Positions 8,942-18,096 are shown, counted from the first letter of the stretch. The stretch is 64,000 nt of DNA from an uncultured Mycoplasmatota bacterium (GCA_947643405.1 CANRVY010000003.1:3072-67071), one strand, 5' to 3'. Notes: generated from the letters alone by a model not told the origin. Numbers and translations: made by a program.

Positions 8942-9901
8942 ATGAAAATAAGACTTGGATATGTGGCAATTGCGAAAACAATAGATGACATTAGTTATAA
9001 TCACACCATTACTTATACTCATTACTCAAAACTTCAGGAAGAAGAACAATCAGCAAAATTGAAAAACATTATTCATACAAATTTAGACAATCTATTGGAA
9101 GTTTTAAAATACAATCTTCAAAATAAAATTTTCTTTTTTAGATTCAGTCACAATTTAATTCCTTTAGCTACACATAAAGAAGTCCATTTTGACTACATCA
9201 CACCTTTTTTAGAACAATGGCAAAAAATTGGCAATTTTATCAAGAAACATAACATGAGAATAGATTCTCATCCTGACCAATTCTGCGTATTAAATAGTGT
9301 CAATCAGGATATTGTAGAACAAAGTATCAAAATGTTAAAGTTTCAATACGACATTTATCAAGCAATAGGCATTGAAGGACATGTGGTATTACATATTGGA
9401 AGCAGCACTCTTAATAAGGAAAGTGCAATGAAACGGTTTCATGATACTTATAAAATGCTTCCTAAAGAAATTCAAAAAATGATTCTACTTGAAAACGATG
9501 ATAAAACTTTTACAGCCGAAGAAACTTTAAAATTATGTGAATTACTCCACATTCCTATGGTTTTAGATTATCATCATCATCTTTGCAATCATGAAAAAAA
9601 AGATATAAAACCAATTTTAGAACGTATTTTAAATACATGGAAAGATACATCTTTATCTCCTAAAATGCATTTTTCTTCTCCAAAAAGTCAAAAAGAAAAA
9701 AGAGCACACAATATAATTATTGATGCTCACAAATTCATTTCCTTTTTGAAAATCCTTTCCATTTATAATACCAATGTTGATATTATGTTAGAATGTAAAG
9801 GCAAAGATGAATCTTTATTTCGTTTATCTAGACAGCTTCGTTTTTATACAAAGTATAAATTCATAAATCAATCTACTTTTATCATAAATCCAAAATTATA
9901 A
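8942..9901 (+). CDS. uvdE: UV-damage endonuclease UvdE/UvsE
   Basis: Full-length resemblance to UVDE proteins (RLGYV..., FRFSHNLIPLATH, LENDDKTFTAEETL, HFSSPKS). GGTGAT RBS. Confidence 0.9.
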   Translation: MKIRLGYVAIAKTIDDISYNHTITYTHYSKLQEEEQSAKLKNIIHTNLDNLLEVLKYNLQNKIFFFRFSHNLIPLATHKEVHFDYITPFLEQWQKIGNFIKKHNMRIDSHPDQFCVLNSVNQDIVEQSIKMLKFQYDIYQAIGIEGHVVLHIGSSTLNKESAMKRFHDTYKMLPKEIQKMILLENDDKTFTAEETLKLCELLHIPMVLDYHHHLCNHEKKDIKPILERILNTWKDTSLSPKMHFSSPKSQKEKRAHNIIIDAHKFISFLKILSIYNTNVDIMLECKGKDESLFRLSRQLRFYTKYKFINQSTFIINPKL

Positions 9902-9939
9902 ATTTGCGCATACCGAATAAAATGTGTTATAATGTAATT

Positions 9940-10052
9940 ATGAGAGAACTCTCATAAAAAAACGGAGATACTTAATTATGAAATTAAGTACTGTCCTATC
10001 TTTTTTAATAGAACAAGCACGTTGTTTCAAGGTTGGTGCTTGTTTTTGTTTG
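9940..10052 (+). ncRNA. Candidate antitoxin-like small RNA (about 113 nt), copy 1; alternatively the mRNA of a 29-aa peptide MKLSTVLSFLIEQARCFKVGACFCLTKIP (9978-10067)
   Basis: Extended -10 promoter TGtTATAAT (9925-9933). The transcript would start at a perfect palindrome ATGAGAGAACTCTCAT (9940-9955). An intrinsic terminator AACAAGCAC-15 nt-GTGCTTGTT plus TTTGTTTG lies at 10012-10052, inside the short ORF. Confidence 0.4.
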
Positions 10053-10073
10053 ACCAAAATCCCCTGATAATTT

Positions 10074-10172
10074 TTAGTTATTTGTTAAGACAAATAATAC
10101 TAAAATAAATACTAAGACAACTTCTATAAAATTGATTACAATCAATGTTGATATGACATTATCTTTTCTCAT
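10074..10172 (-). CDS. Type I toxin-like small hydrophobic peptide (32 aa: MRKDNVISTLIVINFIEVVLVFILVLFVLTNN), copy 1
   Basis: AGGAGGGG RBS 12 nt upstream of the ATG. Charged N-terminus followed by a single TM helix. Perfect TTTACA-17-TATAAT promoter. Convergent with the sRNA candidate; the stop codons are 6 bp apart. Confidence 0.5.
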   Translation of the reverse strand: MRKDNVISTLIVINFIEVVLVFILVLFVLTNN

Positions 10173-10228
10173 ATTATCAAGCCCCTCCTAGAAGGACAGC
10201 ACAACGCAATTAAGTACTCCAGTTTATT

Positions 10229-10257
10229 ATTATAACTATTAGAATGTAATATGTAAA
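10229..10257 (-). promoter_or_regulatory. Sigma-A promoter of the toxin-like ORF (copy 1)
   Basis: On the minus strand, TTTACA (10252-10257), a 17-nt spacer, then TATAAT (10229-10234). Confidence 0.6.
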
Positions 10258-10444
10258 TATATTTTCATAAACTTTCAAACATTGTATTTTTGACTGATAA
10301 AAACCTATAAAATTATTCAATCATGAAATAGATTCCCTATTTTTCATTGTGTTTTATAACAGAATCTCTATTTCTAAATTCATTATTTTACATTTATTAA
10401 AAAGTCAGTTGTACAATAAACTAGATATATGTTATAATGTAACT

Positions 10445-10557
10445 ATGAGAGAACTCTCATAAAAAAACGGAGATACTTAATTATGAAATTAAGTACTGTC
10501 CTATCTTTTTTAATAGAACAAGCACGTTGTTTCAAGGTTGGTGCTTGTTTTTGTTTG
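10445..10557 (+). ncRNA. Candidate antitoxin-like small RNA, copy 2 (alternative 29-aa ORF at 10483-10572)
   Basis: Same promoter, 5' palindrome and internal terminator as copy 1, shifted by +505 bp. Confidence 0.4.
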
Positions 10558-10578
10558 ACCAAAATCCCCTGATAATTT

Positions 10579-10677
10579 TTAGTTATTTGTTAAGACAAAT
10601 AATACTAAAATAAATACTAAGACAACTTCTATAAAATTGATTACAATCAATGTTGATATGACATTATCTTTTCTCAT
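10579..10677 (-). CDS. Type I toxin-like small hydrophobic peptide (32 aa), copy 2
   Basis: Identical to 10074-10172 and carries its own promoter copy at 10734-10762. Confidence 0.5.
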   Translation of the reverse strand: MRKDNVISTLIVINFIEVVLVFILVLFVLTNN

Positions 10678-10733
10678 ATTATCAAGCCCCTCCTAGAAGG
10701 ACAGCACAACGCAATTAAGTACTCCAGTTTATT

Positions 10734-10762
10734 ATTATAACTATTAGAATGTAATATGTAAA
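10734..10762 (-). promoter_or_regulatory. Sigma-A promoter of the toxin-like ORF (copy 2)
   Basis: Identical TTTACA-17-TATAAT element. Confidence 0.6.
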
Positions 10763-10807
10763 TATATTTTCATAAACTTTCAAACATTGTATTTTTGATA
10801 CAAAAAA

Positions 10808-10840
10808 AGCGCTAATAATCCATTTTTATTAGCACTTTTT
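10808..10840. terminator. Bidirectional terminator between the repeat locus and the convergent DHHW gene
   Basis: GCGCTAAT...ATTAGCAC stem flanked by an A-run and a T-run. Confidence 0.6.
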
Positions 10841-10864
10841 TCTTTTTTATAAATATAATTTTCT

Positions 10865-11944
10865 TTAATCTTTTAACATAACGCTTTGATTAATCACCAT
10901 GGTACTATAAAGAAATAAAACATCTTGGTCTTCAAATGTAATGACTTCATTTAATTTAGAAGCTCCCATATATCGTAAATCAATGAGCGTAATTTTAGAA
11001 TAACTCTCTATTAATAATGGCGTTAAACTACTAGCAAAGGAATCCCTAAATATCACCAGTTCTCTTCCACTTTTATTTTTTTCATTTTGAATTGTTATAA
11101 AAGGTGTCGAACCAGATAAAAATACATTATAAGAATCCATTTTCCCAAGTTCTTTTAGATTATATACTTCATGGAAAGATAAATTTGTTTTATTTTCTAC
11201 AAAGGCTTGACTAATTACTTCATTTGTCAAATATGTTAATGTTTCTCCTTTTCCTCCAATTGCTGCTTGTCCATAGTAAACTCCATAAAAAGGTTTATAC
11301 TCTTGAAATTCATATTGATGATTAGAAACATTCCCAATCATTGTTTCTTCTAATCTACGTGCTACTGGAATAATTTTCTCTTGTTTCCAATGTGTATCTG
11401 TATCATAATAATGTTCTAAAGAAAGTAAGTCGCGCACTTCTATATAAGAAAGTTCTTTCATATTTTCTCTTACCAGTTTATATAAGTTCTCATAATCCAT
11501 TTTAAGATGCTCATCTTCTACATAATAATTTTTATCTGGAATTACCATATAATAAACATTCATTCCTTGCAAATATTTATCATAAATCTGATTTACTTTC
11601 TTTGTAAAAAGTTTTACATTTGTCTCTTTTAATGGATATTCTATTTTAAATATCTTATTATTTTTTATATAAATTCCATTATTGTCTAACTTTTGAAACA
11701 TAGAATATTCTACATTTGCTTTTAAACTTCGGAAGGTATTCCGAAATGGAAATTGGTCTAACGTATATGTTTCTAATTCTTTGAATGCACTTCCATCTAA
11801 TACAGTAGAAATCGTTATCTCTGGAAACTGTTTTAGATGCCTGCGTTCTTCAAACGATAGTTCTTCATCCTTCATGATAAAATTGAAAAGAAAGAATCCA
11901 TAAATGATACTTAAAAATAAAACAATTGTTACTTTTTCTTTCAT
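10865..11944 (-). CDS. DHHW-family protein (DltD/AlgJ-like SGNH acyl-transfer partner of the MBOAT)
   Basis: N-terminal TM anchor. DTHW motif (HYYDTDTHW). Directly downstream of the MBOAT gene. Confidence 0.7.
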   Translation of the reverse strand: MKEKVTIVLFLSIIYGFFLFNFIMKDEELSFEERRHLKQFPEITISTVLDGSAFKELETYTLDQFPFRNTFRSLKANVEYSMFQKLDNNGIYIKNNKIFKIEYPLKETNVKLFTKKVNQIYDKYLQGMNVYYMVIPDKNYYVEDEHLKMDYENLYKLVRENMKELSYIEVRDLLSLEHYYDTDTHWKQEKIIPVARRLEETMIGNVSNHQYEFQEYKPFYGVYYGQAAIGGKGETLTYLTNEVISQAFVENKTNLSFHEVYNLKELGKMDSYNVFLSGSTPFITIQNEKNKSGRELVIFRDSFASSLTPLLIESYSKITLIDLRYMGASKLNEVITFEDQDVLFLYSTMVINQSVMLKD

Positions 11945-11952
11945 ATTTTCAC

Positions 11953-13344
11953 CTAAAATCTAAAATACAAAAATGGATTAAAAGAACTATCTATTAAAAA
12001 GGCAGTCACAATCAGTAAAAGTGCAACATAATAAAATGGTTCTATTCCATTTAAGAATAGATTCAATCCTTTCCTTTGTTTTAATTTATGAAACATATTG
12101 GTTAATATCGGAGTAGAAGCAATGAGTGCAATTACTAGAATTACAATATAACTTCTTATATAATAACCAGTTTCTTCTGTTAAAAGTGGCAAGCCTCCTA
12201 ATCCAAACATGTTTTTAAAAAATGATATCCCATCATTGATTGAATTTACATTAAAAATAACAAAACTAATAAGTATGAAAAATACAGTATAGAAATGACC
12301 AAATATTCTATGTTTTTCTAAAAACTTTCCATATATTTTCTTTTCTAAAACCAAAAGTATCGCAAAATAAATTCCCCATATGATAAAATTCCAAGCTGCT
12401 CCATGCCAGAACCCAGTTAAAAACCACACTACAAGAATATTTCGAATCCACTTTCCATTCGAAACACGATTTCCACCTAATGGAATATAAACATAATCAC
12501 GAAACCAGCTAGATAAAGAAATATGCCAACGTCTCCAAAAATCGGTTACTGATTTGGCTATCAAAGGATAGTTAAAATTTTCTAAGAAATGAAATCCAAA
12601 CATATTTCCTAATCCAATTGCCATATCACTATATCCAGAAAAATCAAAATAAATTTGTAAAGTATAAGAAAGTGCAATGACCCAAAAGCCAACCATACTA
12701 GCTTCATTTGCTTCTAGTAAAATAACACTAAGTTCTCCTATCACATTGGCTAATAATACTTTTTTTGCTAAACCAATTACAAATCTTCGAATACCTCTTT
12801 CAAAATTAGTCATGGTATGTTTTCTAGATTGTAATTCCTCTGCTACATCTTTATATCGAACAATTGGACCTGCTACTAGTTGTGGAAACAAGCATACATA
12901 GGTCGCAAAATCCAAAAAATTTTTATTTGCTTTCACAGTTCCTCTATAAACATCAACTACATAGCTTAATGTTTGAAATGTAAAAAAGCTAATTCCTATT
13001 GGCATTACTACTTTTAATAAACCAAATTCGGTTTGAAATATTGTATTCGTATTGTCAATAAAAAAATCTACATATTTAAAATACCCCAATAATCCTAAGT
13101 TCATAGCTACAGTTATAACTAGAATAACTTTCTTATGATTGCTTTTTTCTACTACAATTCCTAATAGATAATTCATAAAACAAGAAAGTAATAAAACCCA
13201 TATATGTAACTGTTCTCCATAAAAGTAAAAGAATAAACTAGAAATGAGTAATACTATATTTTTCCACTTATTTGGAACTATAAAATAACAAAATAATAAA
13301 AGTGGTAAAAAGTAATATAAAAATAAAATACTTGAAAATAACAT
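11953..13344 (-). CDS. MBOAT-family membrane O-acyltransferase (DltB/AlgI/PatA-like)
   Basis: Multi-TM protein with the conserved MBOAT His region (WRRWHISLSSWFRDYVYIPLGGNR). Confidence 0.9.
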   Translation of the reverse strand: MLFSSILFLYYFLPLLLFCYFIVPNKWKNIVLLISSLFFYFYGEQLHIWVLLLSCFMNYLLGIVVEKSNHKKVILVITVAMNLGLLGYFKYVDFFIDNTNTIFQTEFGLLKVVMPIGISFFTFQTLSYVVDVYRGTVKANKNFLDFATYVCLFPQLVAGPIVRYKDVAEELQSRKHTMTNFERGIRRFVIGLAKKVLLANVIGELSVILLEANEASMVGFWVIALSYTLQIYFDFSGYSDMAIGLGNMFGFHFLENFNYPLIAKSVTDFWRRWHISLSSWFRDYVYIPLGGNRVSNGKWIRNILVVWFLTGFWHGAAWNFIIWGIYFAILLVLEKKIYGKFLEKHRIFGHFYTVFFILISFVIFNVNSINDGISFFKNMFGLGGLPLLTEETGYYIRSYIVILVIALIASTPILTNMFHKLKQRKGLNLFLNGIEPFYYVALLLIVTAFLIDSSFNPFLYFRF

Positions 13345-13383
13345 AAGATACCCCTTTCAAGAAAAGCCTTCTTTTTAGAAGGC

Positions 13384-13872
13384 TTATTTTCCTAGTTCTT
13401 TAAAACTTTCACTTAATTTTTTTGCATAGTCATTATTCATAATTAACACAATGACATCACCAATGTTATCTACAATCACATTTTCATCTTCTACCCCAAC
13501 GCAAATCCATTTTCTTGGGTCTACTTTTTCTTTAATATCTTTTTTCGCTTGTTCTATATCAGCACCTTTATTCATACGAACTAATACAATTGAATGTGCT
13601 GTTGAACCAACCATAGATTCAGATGCCAAAGCTTCTTTATAGTCTAATTCTTTTACCCCTAAATAATAAGATAAATTTTCTTCAGTAACTTCTTTATCTT
13701 CTAAAAACATAAAGTCTTCTTCTTCGTTAATACCAGCACCTTTATATAATTTTCTCATTAATTCTGGTAAGGTTCCTTCTAAATTCTTTTCTTTTTTCTC
13801 TCCACATCCAGTAATAGATAACATCATAACAAATGCCATCATTACTACTACAATTTTAGATAATTTTTTCAT
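13384..13872 (-). CDS. Lipoprotein, DUF4358-like
   Basis: Signal peptide with lipobox (LSITGC). 162 aa. Confidence 0.55.
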   Translation of the reverse strand: MKKLSKIVVVMMAFVMMLSITGCGEKKEKNLEGTLPELMRKLYKGAGINEEEDFMFLEDKEVTEENLSYYLGVKELDYKEALASESMVGSTAHSIVLVRMNKGADIEQAKKDIKEKVDPRKWICVGVEDENVIVDNIGDVIVLIMNNDYAKKLSESFKELGK

Positions 13873-13897
13873 ATTTTCCTCCCAATATTTTATCTTT

Positions 13898-14323
13898 CTA
13901 TTTTTGATACAAGAAGTAAGAGTTTCCTTTTTTTACAATAATCGTATCTTTTTCTTCCCCTTGATAAATGATTACTTTTGTATTGTTATCATATACTGTA
14001 TCTAAATATTTTCCCCCTGCTTTATTCTTCAAAACCCCTATTTCTTTATAACAGATATTCTGATAACAAAACTCATTTGACTCTTCCATTGCAGTTCTTG
14101 GTCCTATAGAAGTCGGATTAATTCCCACATCTTTTTTTTCAAAGCCATTTACAATTAAGAAACAGAAAACAAAACAAAGCGATACCATTCCTACCTTCCA
14201 AACATAATTGATAGAATATTTTGTTTTTGGTTTTCTAGAAAGGATATTTTCTAACATCTTATCTTTTTTATTCTTACTAGGCTCCACCTTATTTAAAGCT
14301 TGAATAAACATTTTATTCTTCAT
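13898..14323 (-). CDS. Putative anti-sigma factor (single-pass membrane protein)
   Basis: Overlaps the 3' end of the ECF sigma gene by 11 bp. Cytoplasmic N-terminus, one TM helix, and a small extracytoplasmic domain. Confidence 0.5.
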   Translation of the reverse strand: MKNKMFIQALNKVEPSKNKKDKMLENILSRKPKTKYSINYVWKVGMVSLCFVFCFLIVNGFEKKDVGINPTSIGPRTAMEESNEFCYQNICYKEIGVLKNKAGGKYLDTVYDNNTKVIIYQGEEKDTIIVKKGNSYFLYQK

Positions 14324-14801
14324 ATTTTTCCCCCTCTAAGAGTTCACGCAAGTAACTTCTCCCCCTATGTAGATAAGACCTTACAGTTGCTTCTTTCATA
14401 TGTAGAATATTTGCTATCTCACTAGTATGATATCCCTCATAATAATAACAATACAAAACAGTTTTATATTTTTTAGGAAGGCTTAGTAAGGTTTCTAAGG
14501 TTTCATCTTTCTTTTCATGAGTAGCAATATCAAATTCACCTACTGTGACTTTTTGTTTCCACCACTGTTTAACATTGTTTTTGCACATATTACTAGCAGT
14601 TACAATCAGCCATGCTTTTCTATGATTTTCATCTTTAAATAGAGGCCACGTAGTAAATAATTTTAGAAAAACATTTTGAACTACATCTTCTGTATCAGAA
14701 TGATTCTTAAAATATAGAAAGCAAATTCGGTAAACCATATCTACATATTTTTGGTAAATTAAAATAAACTCTTCTTCTCTTTGTACCAAAGAGGCATGCA
14801 T
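14313..14801 (-). CDS. ECF-subfamily RNA polymerase sigma-70 factor
   Basis: Sigma-70 region 2 (YICFLYFKNHSDTEDVVQNVFLKLF) and region 4 HTH (YYYEGYHTSEIANILHMKEATVRSYLHRGR). Confidence 0.85.
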   Translation of the reverse strand: MHASLVQREEEFILIYQKYVDMVYRICFLYFKNHSDTEDVVQNVFLKLFTTWPLFKDENHRKAWLIVTASNMCKNNVKQWWKQKVTVGEFDIATHEKKDETLETLLSLPKKYKTVLYCYYYEGYHTSEIANILHMKEATVRSYLHRGRSYLRELLEGEKYEE

Positions 14802-14866
14802 ACATTCACTCCTCTCACATATAAAACAATTGAATATTCAAAAATGTTGCACGAAAAAGAAAAAAA

Positions 14867-15880
14867 TTATTCATTTTTTTCATCTAATACACTTTCATAA
14901 ATTTCAATGAGTTTTTTTCCTATTAATTTTAAATCTCTTTCTTTTGCTACTTCGTATCCTGCTTCTACCAAAGATGGCAGTTTTCCTTCTAATATTCCTC
15001 TTATTTTTTCTTCAAATTCATCAATATCTTTTGCTTTATAAACATTTTTTCCATCTTCTAACCATTCAGAAAATACAGGAATATCCCTGATTAAAGATGG
15101 AATCTTAGCTGCACAAGCTTCAATGATAGGAATACCTTCTGTTTCTTCTAAAGTTGGAAATAGATACAAATCAGCTCCAGATAAAGCATCTCTTATCATC
15201 GTAGATTCTACATATCCTGCAAAGTGCAAATTCGGTAATTGTGTATTGACTGCTTTTCTAATTTTTAATGGACTTGCTGATAAAGGACTATATCCAAACC
15301 AAATAAATTTATATTCAGGAAGTCGTTTGGCTAATTCTACAAAGTCCAAGATTCCTTTTCGCTCTATGTAAAGACCAATACCAACAATTACTTTTTCATG
15401 TTCTTGGTATCCATAAAATTCTCTAAAAGCTTGTCCTTTTTTATTATCATGTTCAAAAAAACTTACATCAATTCCATTCGATAACGCAACAATTGGAGCG
15501 TCTATGGTTCCATAACTTTCTAACAAGCGTTTAGAATAAGGAGTTGGAGTAATAATTTTATCTCCTAAATTATAACATTTGGTAATCCACCATTTAAAAA
15601 TAGGTGCCATTTGATTTGAAAAAAGAAATGAATTTTTAAAATCTTCTTCTGTTGAATGTGCATGATAAACCACTTTTTTCCCAGCATCTTTTGCTTTTTT
15701 GGCAAGCGCAAAAGAGTTCGGACCATAAAAATTAATATGTACAATATCATAAGTATCATTTGAATCTGTTGTATGGTCAATATGGTTTTCTTCTAACGCT
15801 TTTAATTGATGCTTAATTGCTTTTCCTAGTCCAGATTTTTCTATTTGCTTTAACCCCTCTGTATAAAGTAATACTTTCAT
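14867..15880 (-). CDS. GT4-family glycosyltransferase
   Basis: C-terminal EX7E-type motif (ETEGIPIIEACAAKIPSL). AAGGGAGG RBS before the ATG at 15880. Confidence 0.8.
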   Translation of the reverse strand: MKVLLYTEGLKQIEKSGLGKAIKHQLKALEENHIDHTTDSNDTYDIVHINFYGPNSFALAKKAKDAGKKVVYHAHSTEEDFKNSFLFSNQMAPIFKWWITKCYNLGDKIITPTPYSKRLLESYGTIDAPIVALSNGIDVSFFEHDNKKGQAFREFYGYQEHEKVIVGIGLYIERKGILDFVELAKRLPEYKFIWFGYSPLSASPLKIRKAVNTQLPNLHFAGYVESTMIRDALSGADLYLFPTLEETEGIPIIEACAAKIPSLIRDIPVFSEWLEDGKNVYKAKDIDEFEEKIRGILEGKLPSLVEAGYEVAKERDLKLIGKKLIEIYESVLDEKNE

Positions 15881-15940
15881 AGAGACCTCCCTTTTATCTA
15901 AATATAAGGATAACATAAACTTGTTATCGTTGCAAGAAAC

Positions 15941-16984
15941 TTATCGATTCCTTACTTCTTCTTTTAAAAGTTCTAATTGCTTTTTAAATGCGGATGGCAA
16001 AGCATACTGTTTTAACAAAGTAGTTACTGAAATCCAATCATTCTTATCTTCTGCTTCTTCTATATATACAATATAATTGGTCATTTGCCATATTTTATGA
16101 GTAAAAATATGTTTTGATGATTCCATCTCTAAAATTCTTAAAACTGTATATCCTTTTTCTTTTAAATATTTTAAAGCTTCTTCTACATTTAATTTTTGAT
16201 TGACATTTGGAAATTCATATAAAGATGCAAGTAAACCTTTGCTTGGTCTTTTATGAATGGCCACTTTGTTATAGTTTAACAAAATGAACACAGTATATTC
16301 TTCCATTACTTTTTCTTTTTTAGAATCTTTTATAGGCAATTCTAACATAGTTCCTTCTTGAAAGGCTTTACACATTTCTTTCAAAGGACAAATATTACAA
16401 TGTGGTTCTCCATTTGGAACACAGACTGTTGCCCCTAATTCCATCAAAGCTTGATTAAAAATTCCTGAATTTTCTGGCATACTTTCAGATAATTCTTGAA
16501 ACAATTCTTTTTTTGTAGACAACTTACTAATATTTCTTTTGGAATTTTGAATTCTCATGATAACTCTAAAAACATTACCATCAATTGCTGGTACTTTTTC
16601 ACAAAATGCAATAGAAGCAATTGCTCCTGCTGTATATTCTCCTATTCCAGGTAATTGAATGATTTCTTCATAAGTATTTGGCATTTTTCCTTGGTATTCA
16701 TCAATAATCTTAACGGCTGCTTTTTTTAAATTTTTAGCTCTTGTATAATATCCTAAACCTTCCCAAAGCTTTAATAATCTTTCTTCTTCTACATTTGCTA
16801 AAGCATCTATATTTGGAAGTTCTTTCATAAATCGCTCATAATAAACTTTCACTGCTTCTACTCTAGTTTGCTGAAGCATAATTTCTGATATCCAAATATG
16901 ATAAGGCAAAGTATCTTTCCTCCATGGCAAATCTCTTTTGCTTATTTGATACCAGTCACATAATGGTTTTACGATTCTTCGCAT
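15941..16984 (-). CDS. mutY: A/G-specific adenine DNA glycosylase MutY
   Basis: HhH-GPD motif (LPGIGEYTAGAIASIAF), an Fe-S cluster with 4 Cys (CVPNGEPHCNICPLKEMC) and a NUDIX-like C-terminus. Confidence 0.9.
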   Translation of the reverse strand: MRRIVKPLCDWYQISKRDLPWRKDTLPYHIWISEIMLQQTRVEAVKVYYERFMKELPNIDALANVEEERLLKLWEGLGYYTRAKNLKKAAVKIIDEYQGKMPNTYEEIIQLPGIGEYTAGAIASIAFCEKVPAIDGNVFRVIMRIQNSKRNISKLSTKKELFQELSESMPENSGIFNQALMELGATVCVPNGEPHCNICPLKEMCKAFQEGTMLELPIKDSKKEKVMEEYTVFILLNYNKVAIHKRPSKGLLASLYEFPNVNQKLNVEEALKYLKEKGYTVLRILEMESSKHIFTHKIWQMTNYIVYIEEAEDKNDWISVTTLLKQYALPSAFKKQLELLKEEVRNR

Positions 16985-18096
16985 TCTTCTACCTCGATGG
17001 TGCTGCTATTTTTAGTCGCACTCATTTTTTCATACCAAAATAATTTCTTAGTAAATAAGGTAATTAAAAAGTGGAAAAACATAATACATGAAAAAAATAA
17101 AAATCCTGATACAAATATCCAAAATATCATTCTAGCTTTACCTGATAAATGACTGAATAATGAAGTTAGAAAAATAAAGTAATATGGAGCTGGTAATAAA
17201 AACAAATACAAAATTCCATATCGAATAAAATACTGATACCAACACGGAACTTCATCATTTATGGTTACTATTTTAATATTCATCCATTTTTTTCCATAGG
17301 TATATCCATTTCGTATGATTGGTACGATCATAAAAATAACAATAATAGAAAAGAGATACTGCAAGAATAAATTATCTACCCCTAACATTGCAAACAAAAC
17401 TGTCACCAAACTTACTAAAAATAAGTCTATCCAAACTGCCATACCTCTTCTAAAAACGGAAATTCTTTTTCCTTTCATATAAGAAAGGGCATCTAATTTC
17501 TCTCGTTTTGGCAAAAAATGGCTAAAAATTGGTGTTACTCCATAACCAATTATACCTCCTAAGGTATTTAAAAATAAGTCATCAACATCAAATAATCGAT
17601 AAGGTCTAGGATAAATACCATATAGTCCTGATAACTGTGTGAGTTCAAAAAAAAGCGTTAATAAAAAGGTAAAGAAAAATGTTTTCTTAAAAGAACAATT
17701 AAAATAGTATCTTAAATAAATTCCAAATGGAAGTGTTAATAAAATATTATAGAAAGCTTGATAGAAATAAGGCTCTTTTATAACTTCTAAATAGGTACTA
17801 GGATCATTCCATATAAAACTGCTCTGAAGTATAAAATCTCTAATAAAAGCGAATGGTACTAACTGAACCCATTCTGTTGTCATATTTTCTACAACTTCTA
17901 TAGAAGGAAGTGGCAAAATAACTAAAAAATAAATACAAGTTAAATATAAAATAAAGGAATATACAATAGCTACTCTAAGAAATAAAACAGATCCATACTT
18001 ATGATATTGATGAAAAATATAAGGAAGTGTAAAAAGAAATGCAATTAATGGAAATGTAAGCAACGCAAATCGTATGGGTTCTATATAAGCTGACAT
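16969..18096 (-). CDS. VanZ-like/RDD-domain fusion membrane protein
   Basis: VanZ motif (DVDDLFLNTLGGIIGY), then an RDD-like segment (RRGMAVWIDLFLVSL). Confidence 0.6.
   Translation of the reverse strand: MSAYIEPIRFALLTFPLIAFLFTLPYIFHQYHKYGSVLFLRVAIVYSFILYLTCIYFLVILPLPSIEVVENMTTEWVQLVPFAFIRDFILQSSFIWNDPSTYLEVIKEPYFYQAFYNILLTLPFGIYLRYYFNCSFKKTFFFTFLLTLFFELTQLSGLYGIYPRPYRLFDVDDLFLNTLGGIIGYGVTPIFSHFLPKREKLDALSYMKGKRISVFRRGMAVWIDLFLVSLVTVLFAMLGVDNLFLQYLFSIIVIFMIVPIIRNGYTYGKKWMNIKIVTINDEVPCWYQYFIRYGILYLFLLPAPYYFIFLTSLFSHLSGKARMIFWIFVSGFLFFSCIMFFHFLITLFTKKLFWYEKMSATKNSSTIEVEECEES

Larger units (their letters stand above)
9925..10293. repeat. Copy 1 of a 369-bp tandem direct repeat (505-bp period) carrying a toxin-like small ORF and a convergent sRNA unit
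   Basis: Essentially identical to 10430-10798. A 136-bp unique spacer separates the copies. Confidence 0.95.
10430..10798. repeat. Copy 2 of the 369-bp tandem direct repeat
   Basis: Near-perfect identity to 9925-10293; one T/C difference was noted at the 5' end. Confidence 0.95.

Noticed and set aside
9978-10067. Plus-strand 29-aa ORF MKLSTVLSFLIEQARCFKVGACFCLTKIP as the primary product of the repeat unit
   Set aside because: Not fully rejected. An intrinsic terminator lies inside the ORF and the start codon sits in a hairpin loop, so a non-coding RNA is favoured. It is kept as the alternative interpretation.
9902-10864. CRISPR array
   Set aside because: There are only two copies of a long (369 bp) repeat with a 136-bp spacer. 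That is not the short-repeat/spacer periodicity of CRISPR.
12677-15780. Short ORFs (74, 63, 82 and 71 aa) within the MBOAT, lipoprotein and glycosyltransferase genes
   Set aside because: Internal or antisense ORFs without RBS. The host genes have clear family signatures.
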